Source: Nemertoderma westbladi (taxonomy: Eukaryota > Animalia > Xenacoelomorpha). From it: DNA of 64,000 nt. The translations under genes and the position numbers were made by a program. Each line of letters begins with the position of its first letter. Within the stretch, counting starts at the first letter, position 1. Shown one piece after another: positions 61,308 through 64,000 of this stretch. Below the pieces are notes generated by a model that did not search any database, was not told where the DNA came from, and worked only from the letters and a program-made list of their open reading frames with translations. The stretch is taken from contig JAUCBJ010009115.1 in NCBI GenBank assembly GCA_032718475.1, forward strand, positions 1 to 64,000, in the 5' to 3' direction.

Positions 61308-64000
61308 GTAAGTATACAAGAAATAACAGATACAATACCGGCAGACCCTGATGTAAGTATACAAGAAATAACAGATACAATAACAGCAGACCCTGATGTA
61401 AGTATACAAGAAATAACAGATACAATAACAGCAGACCCTGATGTAAGTATACAAGAAATAACAGATACAATAACAGCAGACCCTGATGTAAGTATACAAG
61501 AAATAACAGATACAATAACAGCAGACCCTGATGTAAGTATACAAGAAATAACAGATACAATAACAGCAGACCCTGATGTAAGTATACAAGAAATAACAGA
61601 TACAATACCAGCAGACCCTGATGTAAGTATACAAGAAATAACAGATACAATACCAGCAGACCCTGATGTAAGTATACAAGAAATAACAGATACAATAACA
61701 GCAGACCCTGATGTAAGTATACAAGAAATAACAGATACAATACCGGCAGACCCTGATGTAAGTATGCAAGAAATAACAGATACAATAACAGCAGACCCTG
61801 ATGTAAGTATACAAGAAATAACAGATACAATAACAGCAGACCCTGATGTAAGTATACAAGAAATAACAGATACAATAACAGCAGACCCTGATGTAAGTAT
61901 ACAAGAAATAACAGATACAATAACAGCAGACCCTGATGTAAGTATACAAGAAATAACAGATACAATAACAGCAGACCCTGATGTAAGTATACAAGAAATA
62001 ACAGATACAATACCAGCAGACCCTGATGTAAGTATACAAGAAATAACAGATACAATACCAGCAGACCCTGATGTAAGTATACAAGAAATAACAGATACAA
62101 TAACAGCAGACCCTGATGTAAGTATACAAGAAATAACAGATACAATAACAGCAGACCCTGATGTAAGTATACAAGAAATAACGGATACAATACCGGCAGA
62201 CCCTGATGTAAGTATACAAGAAATAACAGATACAATACCGGCAGACCCTGATGTAAGTATACAAGAAATAACGGATATAATAACAGCAGACCCTGATGTA
62301 AGTATACAAGAAATAACAGATACAATACCAGCAGACCCTGATGTAAGTATACAAGAAATAACGGATACAATACCGGCAGACCCTGATGTAAGTATACAAG
62401 AAATAACGGATACAATACCGGCAGACCCTGATGTAAGTATACAAGAAATAACAGATACAATACCGGCAGACCCTGATGTAAGTATACAAGAAATAGCAGA
62501 TACAATACCAGCAGACCTTGATGTAAGTATACAAGAAATAACAGATACAATAACAGCAGACCCTGATGTAAGTATACAAGAAATAACAGATACAATAACA
62601 GCAGACCCTGATGTAAGTATACAAGAAATAACAGATACAATACCAGCAGACCCTGATGTAAGTATACAAGAAATAACAGATACAATACCGGCAGACCCTG
62701 ATGTAAGTATACAAGAAATAACGGATACAATACCGGCAGACCCTGATGTAAGTATACAAGAAATAACAGATACAATACCGGCAGACCCTGATGTAAGTAT
62801 ACAAGAAATAACAGATACAATACCAGCAGACCTTGATGTAAGTATACAAGAAATAACAGATACAATAACAGCAGACCCTGATGTAAGTATACAAGAAATA
62901 ACAGATACAATAACAGCAGACCCTGATGTAAGTATACAAGAAATAACAGATACAATACCAGCAGACCCTGATGTAAGTATACAAGAAATAACAGATACAA
63001 TACCGGCAGACCCTGATGTAAGTATACAAGAAATAACGGATACAATACCGGCAGACCCTGATGTAAGTATACAAGAAATAACAGATACAATACCGGCAGA
63101 CCCTGATGTAAGTATACAAGAAATAGCAGATACAATACCAGCAGACCTTGATGTAAGTATACAAGAAATAACAGATACAATAACAGCAGACCCTGATGTA
63201 AGTATACAAGAAATAACAGATACAATAACAGCAGACCCTGATGTAAGTATACAAGAAATAACAGATACAATACCAGCAGACCCTGATGTAAGTATACAAG
63301 AAATAACAGATACAATACCGGCAGACCCTGATGTAAGTATACAAGAAATAACGGATACAATACCGGCAGACCCTGATGTAAGTATACAAGAAATAACAGA
63401 TACAATACCGGCAGACCCTGATGTAAGTATACAAGAAATAACAGATACAATACCAGCAGACCTTGATGTAAGTATACAAGAAATAACAGATACAATAACA
63501 GCAGACCCTGATGTAAGTATACAAGAAATAACAGATACAATAACAGCAGACCCTGATGTAAGTATACAAGAAATAACAGATACAATACCAGCAGACCCTG
63601 ATGTAAGTATACAAGAAATAACAGATACAATACCGGCAGACCCTGATGTAAGTATACAAGAAATAACGGATACAATACCGGCAGACCCTGATGTAAGTAT
63701 ACAAGAAATAACAGATACAATAACAGCAGACCCTGATGTAAGTATACAAGAAATAACAGATACAATACCAGCAGAAACTGATGTAAGTATACAAGAAATA
63801 ACACATACAATAACAGCAGACCCTGATGTAAGTATACAAGAAATAACAGATACAATACCAGCAGACCCTGATGTAAGTATACAAGAAATAACAGATACAA
63901 TAACAGCAGACCCTGATGTAAGTATACAAGAAATAACAGATACAATACCAGCAGACCCTGATGTAAGTATACAAGAAATAACAGATACAATAACAGCAGA
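61269..64000 (+). repeat. 45-bp tandem array = last 39 nt of exon 9 + GTAAGT; 60 complete units, continuing past the window
   Basis: Unit ATACAAGAAATAACAGATACAATA(C/A)C(A/G)GCAGACCCTGATGTAAGT. GTAAGT occurs at 61308+45n up to 63963. Translates as IQEITDTI(P/T)ADPDVS. Confidence 0.98.

Noticed and set aside
61204-63990. 928-aa and 912-aa minus-strand ORFs
   Set aside because: Antisense readings of the 45-bp array with implausible composition. The plus frame is the one continuous with a spliced exon. They also show that absence of stops alone is weak evidence for coding.
61308-64000. Tandem 22-nt micro-introns (GTAAGT...ATAACAG) alternating with 23-nt exons
   Set aside because: Far shorter than the shortest introns seen here (109-125 nt), with no pyrimidine tract. 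It cannot be formally excluded without RNA data.

Overview
This is AT-rich eukaryotic DNA, most likely an invertebrate animal, with spliceosomal introns and no prokaryotic features. Two genes can be assembled by eye, head-to-head. (1) A complete 3-exon FKBP12 prolyl isomerase on the minus strand (17570->11097, 109 aa). (2) The 5' part of a JAKMIP-family-like coiled-coil gene on the plus strand (9 phase-compatible coding exons from 20107, 459 aa to the first donor of exon 9, continuing out of the window). About half the window is five unrelated tandem arrays (43, 19, 30, 63 and 45 bp units), four of them inside the JAKMIP-like gene. The most striking observation is that two arrays are amplifications of an exon/5' splice-site junction. 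The 30-bp array repeats GCTG|GTAAAT in most of its roughly 275 units. The 45-bp array is exactly the last 13 codons of exon 9 plus GTAAGT, repeated 60 times in frame with no net indel and no stop. The other two intronic arrays appear to be seeded from transposon parts (a terminal inverted repeat and a SINE body). The rest is CR1-like, RTE and CRE retrotransposon copies, TA-, 8-bp- and TTAA-duplicating non-autonomous DNA elements, Helitron-like elements with CTCF-like motifs, and many TA-flanked insertion footprints. All family assignments come from motif recognition and recall, not database searches.
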